Of a DNA stretch of 64,000 nt, positions 1 to 9,882 are shown piece by piece. The translations under genes were made by a program, and so were the position numbers. Numbering within the stretch: position 1 is the stretch's first letter; each line of letters opens with the position of its first letter. Under the pieces are notes generated by a model that saw only the letters and a list, made by a program, of their open reading frames with translations, did no database searches and had not been told where the DNA came from. Origin of the DNA: Desulfuromonadales bacterium (GTDB lineage Bacteria; Desulfobacterota; Desulfuromonadia; Desulfuromonadales; SZUA-540). The DNA is taken from contig JAWSUS010000009.1 in the NCBI GenBank assembly GCA_033549025.1, positions 1 through 64,000 of the forward strand, written 5' to 3'.

Positions 1-15
1 ACGCTTACTGCTCAT
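1..15 (-). CDS. 5' end of a gene running off the left edge (MSSKR...)
   Basis: Minus-strand ATG at 15-13 preceded by AGGAGG RBS (cctcct at 21-26); only 5 codons visible. Confidence 0.55.
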
Positions 16-102
16 GGGTTCCTCCTGAAGTCATTTTTTATAACTCAGGAGTGTCCGAGATTCTAGGGTCAATTCAGTTGTGACTCTTTTAATCATTTCA
101 AA

Positions 103-153
103 GCCTAACAGGGATTAGGCGGTTACCGTAAATATCGGATAGAGCGGTAACCG
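103..153 (-). other. attI-like recombination site (putative)
   Basis: Minus strand reads GCCTAAT-CCCT-GTTAGGC (GTTRRRY core plus inverted L box). Repeats gcggttaccgt (119-129) and gcggtaaccgt (144-154) lie upstream. It sits next to an integrase-like remnant. The spacer is 1 nt shorter than in attI1. Confidence 0.35.
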
Positions 154-258
154 TCATATCAGTTGAATTTTCGAGTAATTCTGGTATATTGCAAATTAGA
201 AAAATTTCATTACGAGTTTAATGTCTGTATTATGCCTGTTAATTCTGGGGGGTGCTTT

Positions 259-575
259 GTGTTTGAAGTCCAATTTTGGCAAAACTACGAAAAAGTTCTG
301 GAGGAAAAGCAAGTCAATCCCCAGTATTTTCAGTGGCATGTCAAGTGGTGTCGGAAGTTTATCAAATTTATTTATTCTTTGCCATTAATGGATTGTCTGC
401 CCACGCACGTTTCGGCGTTTCTTGATAACCTGCGGGCCGACGCGAATCTCAAGTCGTGGCAGGTCGGCTAGACGCGCAGGTGGCTTCTAGCGGCTCGCGT
501 GAAAAAAGGCCTGCTCTTTTAGCAGCCCACGAGGCCACGCTGAAGAAGATGCGCCGTTCTTTGGAAGCGGTGTGA
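259..575 (+). pseudogene. truncated integron-integrase-like N-terminal fragment
   Basis: GTG at 259 after GGGGGG. FWQNY..L...V....WHVKW..KFIKF....L......V.AFL..L....NLKSWQVG* resembles the N-terminal extension of long integron integrases. TAG at 469-471 falls where Gln would be expected. A second fragment in another frame (ALLAAHEATLKKMRRSL) ends at 575. No catalytic domain; AT-rich. Confidence 0.45.
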
Positions 576-694
576 AGCAGTTGTTTTCGCCGCTTTGATG
601 GTGGGGCCTAACCGCAGGCAAAATCCATTTTTGCCAACTGTCGCACCCTCTGGTATATTTTCTGCCTACTTATCTCAAATCTCAGAGGTTTTCC

Positions 695-1207
695 ATGGCT
701 GCCGATGCTTACGAGCAAGACGACGATCTGCGTATCCGCGAGATGACCATCGATGACTTCCCGGTGGTTTTTCATATCGGGGAAGACCTGTTTACCTCCG
801 ATTATTCGCCCAGCATGTACCGGACCTGGGACGAGTACGAAATCACGACTCTTTACAATTCGGACAGCGAACTGTGCCTGGTGGCGGAATTCCGGGGGGA
901 GATTCTTGGTTTTGCCCTGGGCACCACGGTGGAAAAGAGCAATTCGGCCTGGAAATACGGCTATCTGGTGTGGCTGGGGGTGAAACCTGGCATTCAGAAA
1001 GGCGGCGTGGGTTCGGCCCTGTTCAAGGAGATCCGGCGGCGCATGCGCGAGCAGGGGGTGCGCATGATTATTATCGACACCGACGCCGACAACGAGGCGG
1101 GTATCCGCTTTTTTGAGAAGCAGGGCTTTGGTAATCCTCAGCAGCACGTCTACATGACTCTCAATCTTTCGCGCAAGACCAAGCGCAAGAGGAGTAAACC
1201 GGTATGA
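695..1207 (+). CDS. GNAT family N-acetyltransferase
   Basis: GNAT motif A-like LGVKPGIQKGGVGSALF and N..GIRFFEKQGF. Confidence 0.85.
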   Translation: MAADAYEQDDDLRIREMTIDDFPVVFHIGEDLFTSDYSPSMYRTWDEYEITTLYNSDSELCLVAEFRGEILGFALGTTVEKSNSAWKYGYLVWLGVKPGIQKGGVGSALFKEIRRRMREQGVRMIIIDTDADNEAGIRFFEKQGFGNPQQHVYMTLNLSRKTKRKRSKPV

Positions 1208-2331
1208 GCGACCGTCTGGAGCGTGTCTGGCACGCCATCGACCCCGCCCGTCTGCGCACGACACTGATGGAGATGCTGGAGATCTATTCGCCGGCGGGCA
1301 AGGAGGAGGATGTGCAGCTCTACCTGGAAGAGGTTCTGCAGCGGGCCGGCTTTGCCGTGGAGCGGCAGGAGGTGGAGGAGGACCGCTTCAACTTGCGGGT
1401 GACGATGGGGAGCGCGCCGCCGCGCCTCTACCTGGTGGGGCATGTCGATACGGTGCCGGCCTGGGATCTGGAAGAGTTTGAGCCGGTGGAGGAGTGGGGC
1501 GTAGTGCGCGGCCTCGGCAGCGCCGATATGAAGGGGGGCTGCGCTGCCATGGTGGAGACCTTTGTCGCCCTGGCTTCCCTGCCGGAAGAGGAGCGGCCGC
1601 CGGTGGGGCTGCTGCTGGTGGTGGGCGAGGAGGAGAACGGCGACGGCAGCGCCACTTTTCTGCAGACCGAGTCGCCGCCCTGGGTGGTGATCGGCGAACC
1701 AACCTCGCTGGCGCCCTGTTTCAATCATTACGGCTATCTGGAGGCGGGGCTGGTCACGCGCGGCCGCCGCATTCATTCGTCGCTGCCCGAGCTGGGGCAC
1801 AACGCCATCGAGTCGATGCTGCGGGTGCTGCTGCATCTGGGGCGCCACCCTCTGTTCAGCCGCGAGACGCCGGAACTGGTCTATTCCATCCGCGAGCTCA
1901 GTTCATCACGGGCGGGCTTTGTGGTGCCCGACCGCTGTGAGACCTGGATCGATATCCATCTGCCGCCCGAGATCGATCCGGCCGTCGTGCGACAGGAGAT
2001 GGAGAAGCAGGTTGAAGAGGCCTCGGCCTTTGTGGACAGCCTTGAGATCGAGATGACCTTTACCTTCGATTCCCGCGGCTACCGACTGGACGCCGAAAAC
2101 TGGCTGGCCGGGGTGCTGGAGGAGGTCTATCCGCGCCTGAATCTGCCCCTGCAGCATGACGCTTTCCGTTCCCACTCGGACGGCAACCTCTTTTTTGAAG
2201 CCGGCGTCAAACCGCTTATTCTCGGGCCCGGCTCCCTGGAGACGGCCCACACCCCTGATGAACAGACCACTTTGGGGCAAGTGGAGGACGCCGCCCGTAT
2301 CTACGCCGCTCTCTGCCTGGCGGCTGAGTAG
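1204..2331 (+). CDS. M20 family metallo-hydrolase (ArgE/DapE-like deacylase)
   Basis: GHVDTVP, GLGSADMKGG, GEEENG, GEPT, GPG...AHTPDE motifs; ATGA overlap with GNAT gene. Confidence 0.88.
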   Translation: MSDRLERVWHAIDPARLRTTLMEMLEIYSPAGKEEDVQLYLEEVLQRAGFAVERQEVEEDRFNLRVTMGSAPPRLYLVGHVDTVPAWDLEEFEPVEEWGVVRGLGSADMKGGCAAMVETFVALASLPEEERPPVGLLLVVGEEENGDGSATFLQTESPPWVVIGEPTSLAPCFNHYGYLEAGLVTRGRRIHSSLPELGHNAIESMLRVLLHLGRHPLFSRETPELVYSIRELSSSRAGFVVPDRCETWIDIHLPPEIDPAVVRQEMEKQVEEASAFVDSLEIEMTFTFDSRGYRLDAENWLAGVLEEVYPRLNLPLQHDAFRSHSDGNLFFEAGVKPLILGPGSLETAHTPDEQTTLGQVEDAARIYAALCLAAE

Positions 2332-2367
2332 GAAAGCCCGCAGGCGACGGGTGCCTGAGGGCCAAGC

Positions 2368-2383
2368 TGGCGAAACCCTTGCA
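2368..2383 (+). promoter_or_regulatory. putative sigma54 (-24/-12) promoter
   Basis: TGGCGA-N5-TTGCA upstream of the TPR gene. Confidence 0.45.
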
Positions 2384-2471
2384 TTAGAACCATTTTTTTT
2401 TTATGCTCGAACGGTCAGGCGATGAAGCCGGTATGGATAACGGTATCCCTAAATGAATAAGAGGTGTGTGG

Positions 2472-2912
2472 ATGACGGCAGAAACCAAAGACATGATCAA
2501 GCGGGGGATTGACGCCGCCGAGCGCGGTAATATGGTGGAGGCGATTCACCTGCTGGAGAACGCGGCCAAGGACGCCAAAACGCCCATGGTCAAGTCGTAT
2601 CTGGCTTATTGCCTGGCCCGGGAGCATCGGCAACTGAAACAGGCGGCCAGCATGTGTCACGAGGCCATGCAGCTCGAACCGAACAATCCGGTTCACTATC
2701 TCAACCTGGGTCGCATTTATATTCTGGCCGATCAGAAGTATCGCGCCATTCAGACGTTTCGCAAGGGGCTCAAGCTAGGGCGCAATGCCCGCATCGTCGC
2801 CGAACTCAAGAACCTGGGGCTGCGCAAGCCCTCCTTATTTCCCGCCCTTTCCCGCGACAATCCGCTGAATAAATACCTCGGCATTCTGTCCTCCAAGCTG
2901 GGAGTCCGTTGA
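2472..2912 (+). CDS. tetratricopeptide repeat protein
   Basis: TPR pattern (A..LEPNNPVHYLNLGRIY..A); ATG 2472 follows GAGG RBS. Confidence 0.8.
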   Translation: MTAETKDMIKRGIDAAERGNMVEAIHLLENAAKDAKTPMVKSYLAYCLAREHRQLKQAASMCHEAMQLEPNNPVHYLNLGRIYILADQKYRAIQTFRKGLKLGRNARIVAELKNLGLRKPSLFPALSRDNPLNKYLGILSSKLGVR

Positions 2913-2988
2913 CCGGCGGCCGCTCCCTGTGGACGCAGCGCTTCTTTTCTTCAGCCGGTCAACGCACCGGTGACAGGGGGACCAGGTC

Positions 2989-4635
2989 ATGATGGACAAA
3001 GATGAATCGGCCAGCGACAGCTGGCAGCGCGATCTGACACGCCTGGCCGGGCGGCGGTTCGACGCCCTCATTGTCGGTGGCGGCATCAACGGGGCCGGGC
3101 TGGCGCGCGACCTGGCCCTGCGCGGCCTGCAGGTGGCGCTGGTGGAAAAGGGCGATTTCGCCTCGGGCACTTCGAGCACCTCGACCAAGCTCATCCATGG
3201 CGGCCTGCGCTACCTGGAAACCTACAGTTTTCATCTGGTTTTCGAGTCGCAACGGGAACGCCGAACCCTGCAGCGCATCGCCCCCCATCTGGTACGTCCT
3301 CTTTCCTTTCTGATTCCCGTCTATCGGGATGACCCCCGCCCCCTGTGGATGATCCGGGCCGGGCTCACCCTCTATGACCTGCTCGCTCTTTTTCGCAATA
3401 CCCACCATCACAGCATTCTCTCCGCCGGGGAAGCTCTGCGGCGGGAGCCCGTGCTGCAAGACGCCGGCCTGGTCGGAGTGGCCCGTTACTGGGACTGCCG
3501 CATGGACGATGCCCGCCTCTGTCTCGAAAACGTACTGGCGGCGGTGGAGGCCGGGGCCGAGGCCGTGAACTATGCCGAAGTGGTGGATCTGCTCAAACGG
3601 GAAGGGCGAACCTGCGGCGCGCTCGTGCGCGATCGGGAGAGCGGCGCCGAGCTGGAGATAGAAGCCGAGGTGGTGATCAACACGGCCGGTCCCTGGCTGG
3701 ATAAAGTCTGCGCCCTGGATGGCGACACCGACCGCAAGCTGCGCCCCACCCGCGGCACGCACATCGTGGTGCCGCGCATCAGTCGGGGGGGCGAGGCCCT
3801 CTATCTGAGCTCCAAGAGCGACGCCCGCCTCTTTTTCGTCGTCCCCTGGGGCGATTATTCGCTGGTGGGCACCACCGACGTCGACTATGCCGGTGACCCT
3901 GACGCGGTGACGCCGACGGAGGACGATATCGATTACTTGCTGGCCGAATCGGGTCGCCACCTGCGCGATCACCAGCTGCGGCGCCAGGATGTGCTGGCAG
4001 CCTTTGCCGGTCTGCGCCCCCTGGTGGCGGAAGAGTCGGTGAAGGCTTCCCGCGTCTCCCGCGAGCACCGCATCTTCGTCTCTTCTTCCGGGCTGATTTC
4101 CGTCGGCGGCGGCAAATATACCACCTATCGCTCCATGGCGGCCGAGATGGCCGACCTGGTGGTCGGGCGCCTGGGGCGGGGACGGACGGAGTGCCGTACC
4201 GACCGCCTGCCGCTGCCGGGCGGCCAGACGGGTGATTTCGACCGCTATGTCCAGGACCGGCTGGCCGCGCTCTGCGGGCGCAGCGGGCTGTCGCCGCGGG
4301 TCATGGAACGCCTGCTGGGCCTTTACGGCAGCCGCATTGACCAGGTGCTGGCCCTGGGCCGCCGTGAGCCCGGCCTGCTGGCACCGGTCAGCCCCGGTTC
4401 CGAACTGTTGGGCGTGCAGGTGGCCTACGCCGCCGACTATGAGCTGGCCCGCACCGTGGAAGATGTGCTGCGGCGCCGCAGTAGCCTGGCCCTGGAGGAA
4501 GGCTGCGGTCTGGCCGAAGCGGAGGCAGTGGCCGAGCTGCTGGGTGAGCGGCTGCAGGCAGAAGCGTCACAACGACAGGAATGGCTGCGGCATTACCGCA
4601 GCGTTAGCCATGGGCAAGGAAAGGAAAGGGCATGA
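2989..4635 (+). CDS. glpD: FAD-dependent glycerol-3-phosphate dehydrogenase/oxidase
   Basis: GGGINGAG, GTSSTSTKLIHGGLRYL, DDARL, GLRPL, GGKYTTYR motifs. Confidence 0.9.
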   Translation: MMDKDESASDSWQRDLTRLAGRRFDALIVGGGINGAGLARDLALRGLQVALVEKGDFASGTSSTSTKLIHGGLRYLETYSFHLVFESQRERRTLQRIAPHLVRPLSFLIPVYRDDPRPLWMIRAGLTLYDLLALFRNTHHHSILSAGEALRREPVLQDAGLVGVARYWDCRMDDARLCLENVLAAVEAGAEAVNYAEVVDLLKREGRTCGALVRDRESGAELEIEAEVVINTAGPWLDKVCALDGDTDRKLRPTRGTHIVVPRISRGGEALYLSSKSDARLFFVVPWGDYSLVGTTDVDYAGDPDAVTPTEDDIDYLLAESGRHLRDHQLRRQDVLAAFAGLRPLVAEESVKASRVSREHRIFVSSSGLISVGGGKYTTYRSMAAEMADLVVGRLGRGRTECRTDRLPLPGGQTGDFDRYVQDRLAALCGRSGLSPRVMERLLGLYGSRIDQVLALGRREPGLLAPVSPGSELLGVQVAYAADYELARTVEDVLRRRSSLALEEGCGLAEAEAVAELLGERLQAEASQRQEWLRHYRSVSHGQGKERA

Positions 4636-6137
4636 ATCTTCACCTGAAAAAAGGCTCCCCTCTGCAGCAGAAGACCGCCTGTCTGGTGCTGGGGGTATTT
4701 GAAGGCAAGTTCAAGACGCCGCTGCTCAAGGAACTCGATCAGGCGCTGGGCGGTGCCCTGGGCCGGGCGGTACGCGACGGCGAATTCACCGGCAAGGCCC
4801 GCGAGACCGTCCTCTTTCATCCGGGCAAGGCTCTGCCGGCGGAAAGGGTGCTGCTGGCCGGGCTCGGCAAAGAGAAGAGCGCCGGCCTCGAATATCTGCG
4901 TCAGGTGGCCGGTACGGTGATCGGCGCTCTGCAGTCGCGGCGCATCCATTCCTTTGCCTGCAATTTCCTCAGCCTCCCTGTGCGGGGCGGCGGTCTGGGG
5001 GAGCGGGCACAGGCTGTTGCCGAGGGACTGCTGCTGGGGACCTACCGTTTCGACCGTTTCCGCACGGAAAACGGCAAGGAGCTGCCCCCTCCCATGAAGG
5101 ACGGGGTGCTGCTGGTGGATAAGCAGGCGGAGGTGACTGCCGCCCGTCGCGGCCTGGACGAGGCCCGCGCGATCTGCCGGGGAGTCTGTCTGGCCCGGGA
5201 CCTGGTCAATGAGCCCGGCAACGTGAAGTCTCCCGAATACCTGGCCCAGACCGCCCGAAACCTGGCGGACGAAGGAGGCTTCGCCCTGCGGGTGCTCGAG
5301 CGGGACGCCCTGGAGAAAGAAGGTTTCGGGGGTCTGCTGGGTGTGGCGCAGGGGAGCGTGCGGGAGCCCCGCCTGATCGTCATGGAATACAGCGGCGGCA
5401 GCAGCGAGGCCAAGCCCATCGTGCTGGTGGGCAAAGGCGTGGTCTTCGACGCCGGCGGCATCTCGCTCAAACCGGCGGAGAAGATGGACGAGATGAAGAT
5501 GGACATGGCCGGGGCGGCCGCCGTACTGGGAACCTTTCAGGCCGTGGCGGCGCTGAAGCTGTCCATCAATCTCGTCGGTATCGTGCCGGCGGTGGAAAAC
5601 ATGCCGTCGGGTTCGGCCATGCGCCCGGGGGATATTCTCACCTCCCTGTCAGGCCGCACCATCGAGGTGCTCAACACCGACGCCGAGGGGCGCCTGATTC
5701 TGGCCGACGCCCTGACCTGGGCCAAGCGCTATGAACCGCGCCTGGTCATCGACCTCGCCACCCTGACGGGGGCCTGCGTCATCGCCCTGGGGCACCAGGC
5801 CACGGCGGTGCTGGGCAACCACGACGGCCTCATCCGCCAGCTCATTCGGGCCGGCGAGAACAGCGGCGAGCGCCTCTGGCAGCTGCCTCTGTGGGACGAA
5901 TATGCCGCCCAGCTCAAGAGCGAGGTGGCCGACCTCAAGAACACGGGGGGAAGACCGGCCGGGACCATCACCGCCGCCGCCTTCTTGCAGAAGTTCGCCG
6001 AGGATACCTCCTGGGCCCATCTGGATATCGCCGGTACGGCCTGGGAAGAAAAAGGGCGGCCCTATGTGCCCAAGGGGGGGACAGGGGTTGGTGTCCGTCT
6101 GCTCGTCCACTACCTCAAGACGGTGGCCGGGGCTTAG
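4632..6137 (+). CDS. pepA: leucyl aminopeptidase (M17)
   Basis: GKGVVFDAGG, MKMDMAG, NTDAEGRL, DLATLTG, HLDIAG motifs. Confidence 0.95.
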   Translation: MNLHLKKGSPLQQKTACLVLGVFEGKFKTPLLKELDQALGGALGRAVRDGEFTGKARETVLFHPGKALPAERVLLAGLGKEKSAGLEYLRQVAGTVIGALQSRRIHSFACNFLSLPVRGGGLGERAQAVAEGLLLGTYRFDRFRTENGKELPPPMKDGVLLVDKQAEVTAARRGLDEARAICRGVCLARDLVNEPGNVKSPEYLAQTARNLADEGGFALRVLERDALEKEGFGGLLGVAQGSVREPRLIVMEYSGGSSEAKPIVLVGKGVVFDAGGISLKPAEKMDEMKMDMAGAAAVLGTFQAVAALKLSINLVGIVPAVENMPSGSAMRPGDILTSLSGRTIEVLNTDAEGRLILADALTWAKRYEPRLVIDLATLTGACVIALGHQATAVLGNHDGLIRQLIRAGENSGERLWQLPLWDEYAAQLKSEVADLKNTGGRPAGTITAAAFLQKFAEDTSWAHLDIAGTAWEEKGRPYVPKGGTGVGVRLLVHYLKTVAGA

Positions 6138-6176
6138 AACTCATTAATTCTGCGACAAAATTTCACGCTGAGGCCA

Positions 6177-6204
6177 TTGACAGAGGCCGTCTTGGTGCTA
6201 CCTT
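6177..6204 (+). promoter_or_regulatory. sigma70-type promoter for small Cys-rich ORF
   Basis: TTGACA-16 nt-TACCTT with TG extension. Confidence 0.55.
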
Positions 6205-6233
6205 TTAATTAAGCTTAAAAAACGAGGTGGCCG

Positions 6234-6398
6234 ATGCTGAGGTACTGCGCTTGGTGTGGAAAATACCAGGGATACGTCGTGGGAGCCGGGCACCAGATTC
6301 GCAAGAATTTGAGTGAGATCGACACGGCAACCATCTGTGTCACCTGCATGGCCAAGGTTCTGGGGGAGATGCCGAGATCCTGCCGGCATAAAAGCTGA
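6234..6398 (+). CDS. small (54 aa) CxxC...CxxC putative Zn-binding protein, not in ORF track
   Basis: MLRYCAWCGKYQGYVVGAGHQIRKNLSEIDTATICVTCMAKVLGEMPRSCRHKS; GAGGTG RBS; own promoter and terminator. Confidence 0.75.
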   Translation: MLRYCAWCGKYQGYVVGAGHQIRKNLSEIDTATICVTCMAKVLGEMPRSCRHKS

Positions 6399-6418
6399 GC
6401 CTGGCCTGTATAGAAGGG

Positions 6419-6459
6419 AAAAAGGGGATACGCCTCTGAGGAGGTGCGTCCCCTTTTTT
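6419..6459 (+). terminator. intrinsic terminator
   Basis: ggggatacgcctc/gaggtgcgtcccc stem followed by T-tract. Confidence 0.75.
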
Positions 6460-6561
6460 GTGTCGGCGCCAGGGGGCTGGCCGCCGCGAAACAACAGTTG
6501 ACACCTCAAGGGCCAACCTGTAAAGATTGGGCACATTTCAAGGGGAGGTACAGGTCATACC

Positions 6562-8241
<1,680 letters not shown>

Positions 8242-8263
8242 GGGTCCATTATCCACCAACACG

Positions 8264-8303
8264 AAAACGCCCATCCCGTCGCTGCCGGGGTGGGCGTTTT
8301 TTT
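8264..8303. terminator. bidirectional intrinsic terminator between ettA and metX
   Basis: aaaacgcccatccc/ggggtgggcgtttt stem flanked by A and T tracts. Confidence 0.8.
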
Positions 8304-8345
8304 GTTACAGAAGATTGCGTGATTTGGTGGTGAAAAAGGTCGAAG

Positions 8346-9467
8346 TCAGGCGCCAGACGTCAGCCGGTCGAGAAACTCCACCACCAGGGGGGTGAACTTT
8401 TCCGGCTCCACCAGGAAGGAGTCGTGGCCGTAGTCCGAATCGATAAGGTGATAGGCGACCGGTTTGCCCAGACGGTGGAGGACGTCGACCACCTCTTCGG
8501 TCTGGGAGGGCGGGTAGAGCCAGTCGGAGGTAAAGGCGAACCAGAGGGAGGGACACTGCAGGTTGGCCAGGGCTTCTTCGAGCCCATCGAAGTTCCAGGC
8601 CACGTCGTAGAGATCGAGAGCTTTGGCCAGGTAGAGGAAGGAATTGGTGTCGAAGCGGTCGACGAAGCTGCTGCCGTTGTATTCGAGGTAGCGTTCCACT
8701 TCGAAGCGGCCGAAAAAGTCAAAGAGACCGTCACGGGCGGAAAAGCGGCGGCCGAACTTCAGATGCATGGAGGCGTCGGACAGAAAGGAGACATGTCCGA
8801 CGGCCCGGGCCAGGGTCATTCCGTCAGCCGGAGGGTGCTCGGGCTTGTAGTTCCCCTTTTTCCACATGGGATCGTTGAAGATGGCCTGCCGAGCCAGGGA
8901 GTTCAGGGCGATGGCCATGGGCGAGGTGCGGCCGGTGCCGGCGATGGGGATGATGGAGCGGGGGACTTCCGGGTAGAGGATGCCCCATTCCAGAGCCTGC
9001 ATGGCGCCCATGCTGCCGCCGATGACGGTGACCAGGGAAGAGATGCCCAGATGGTCGAGGAGCAGTTTCTGCGCGCGGACCATGTCTCGCACCATGAGGA
9101 CCGGAAAGCTGAGGTTGTAGGGGCGGTCGGTGCGAGGATTGAGGCTGGTCGGGCCGGTGGAGCCTTTGCAGGAACCGATGACGTTGGAACAAAGGATGAA
9201 GTAGCGGTTGGTGTCGAGGACCTTGCCGGGTCCGATCATGTCGTCCCACCAGCCGGGCTTGCGGTCCTCTTCCGAGTGGCGGCCGGCAGCGTGGGCGTCG
9301 CCGGTCCAGGCGTGGGTGACCAGGATGGCGTTGGAGCGGTCGCGATTGAGGGTGCCGTAGGTCTCGTAGGCCAGAGTGATGGGCCCGAGGACGCGGCCGC
9401 TTTCAAGCTTCAGCTCGACGTCGAAAGTGACCGATTCGGTTTTGACCAGGCCGATGGATTGGTTCAA
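8346..9467 (-). CDS. metX: homoserine O-acetyltransferase
   Basis: [26 protein letters not shown] motifs. Likely TTG start at 9467; the longer ORF runs through the riboswitch. Confidence 0.92.
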   Translation of the reverse strand: MNQSIGLVKTESVTFDVELKLESGRVLGPITLAYETYGTLNRDRSNAILVTHAWTGDAHAAGRHSEEDRKPGWWDDMIGPGKVLDTNRYFILCSNVIGSCKGSTGPTSLNPRTDRPYNLSFPVLMVRDMVRAQKLLLDHLGISSLVTVIGGSMGAMQALEWGILYPEVPRSIIPIAGTGRTSPMAIALNSLARQAIFNDPMWKKGNYKPEHPPADGMTLARAVGHVSFLSDASMHLKFGRRFSARDGLFDFFGRFEVERYLEYNGSSFVDRFDTNSFLYLAKALDLYDVAWNFDGLEEALANLQCPSLWFAFTSDWLYPPSQTEEVVDVLHRLGKPVAYHLIDSDYGHDSFLVEPEKFTPLVVEFLDRLTSGA

Positions 9468-9486
9468 CGCGCGACACCCTTTGACG

Positions 9487-9523
9487 TAAAAAGGCCCCTT
9501 CCCAGGGTGACAGGAGGGGCCTT
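9487..9523 (-). terminator. riboswitch expression-platform terminator
   Basis: aaggcccct...aggggcctt stem plus TTTTT, between aptamer and metX RBS. Confidence 0.75.
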
Positions 9524-9565
9524 GACGATACGGGAAAAGATAAGCGCGTATCTTTCGGGCTCCGT

Positions 9566-9671
9566 CCTCATCTGTCCCAGTTACAGGGCAGGAATTAGCA
9601 CCTGGCATCCGCATCTGCGGATCGGTTGCTGTGGCTTCACAGGGCCTTTCCCTCCACCACTCGCGATAAAG
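9566..9671 (-). promoter_or_regulatory. SAM-I (S-box) riboswitch
   Basis: Minus strand CTTTATCGCGAG..GGAGGGA..GGCCC..TGAAGCC.CAGCAACC...GGTGCTAATTCCTGC...GATGAGG upstream of metX; promoter TTGACA-17-TAGAGT at 9720-9692. Confidence 0.93.
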
Positions 9672-9759
9672 ACGATGCAATTGTGCTTGGGACTCTAACG
9701 AATCACGCCTGGTTTGTCAAATGCATTCGTTGCCGTACCAAAGAAGGGACGCCGGCCGT

Positions 9760-9789
9760 TTGACGGGGTAGGGAGGTGGAGGGTATAAT
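9760..9789 (+). promoter_or_regulatory. near-consensus sigma70 promoter with no downstream CDS
   Basis: TTGACG-18 nt-TATAAT. Confidence 0.65.
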
Positions 9790-9795
9790 AAAAAC

Positions 9796-9874
9796 AGATA
9801 GAAGGTTGGGAGGCCGGCAAGGTCTCCTCGTTCGCCCTGGATGACTCGCCCTCCTGGTCTCCAGGGTGTTTTTT
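9796..9874 (+). ncRNA. candidate small RNA (~80 nt, two hairpins, anti-SD loop)
   Basis: Follows the promoter. Hairpin ggaggcc/ggtctcc, then terminator hairpin cgccctgga(t)gac/gtctccagggtg + TTTTTT with loop TCGCCCTCCTG. Confidence 0.55.
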
Positions 9875-9882
9875 GTCCCGAT

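Noticed and set aside
121..240. LexA/SOS box upstream of the integrase remnant
   Set aside because: No convincing match to CTGT-N8-ACAG or the Geobacter-type GGTT-N2-C-N4-G-N3-ACC pattern
163..258. N-terminal 32 codons of ORF 163-471
   Set aside because: Overlaps promoter-like AT-rich sequence; GTG 259 has the better RBS
606..612. Second GCCTAAC as a possible attC end
   Set aside because: No matching GTTRRRY partner or attC-like hairpin at a suitable distance
6313..6536. ORF-track ORFs 6198-6536, 6313-6501, 6340-6534
   Set aside because: They cross a terminator, lack an RBS, and conflict with the better-supported 6234-6398 ORF
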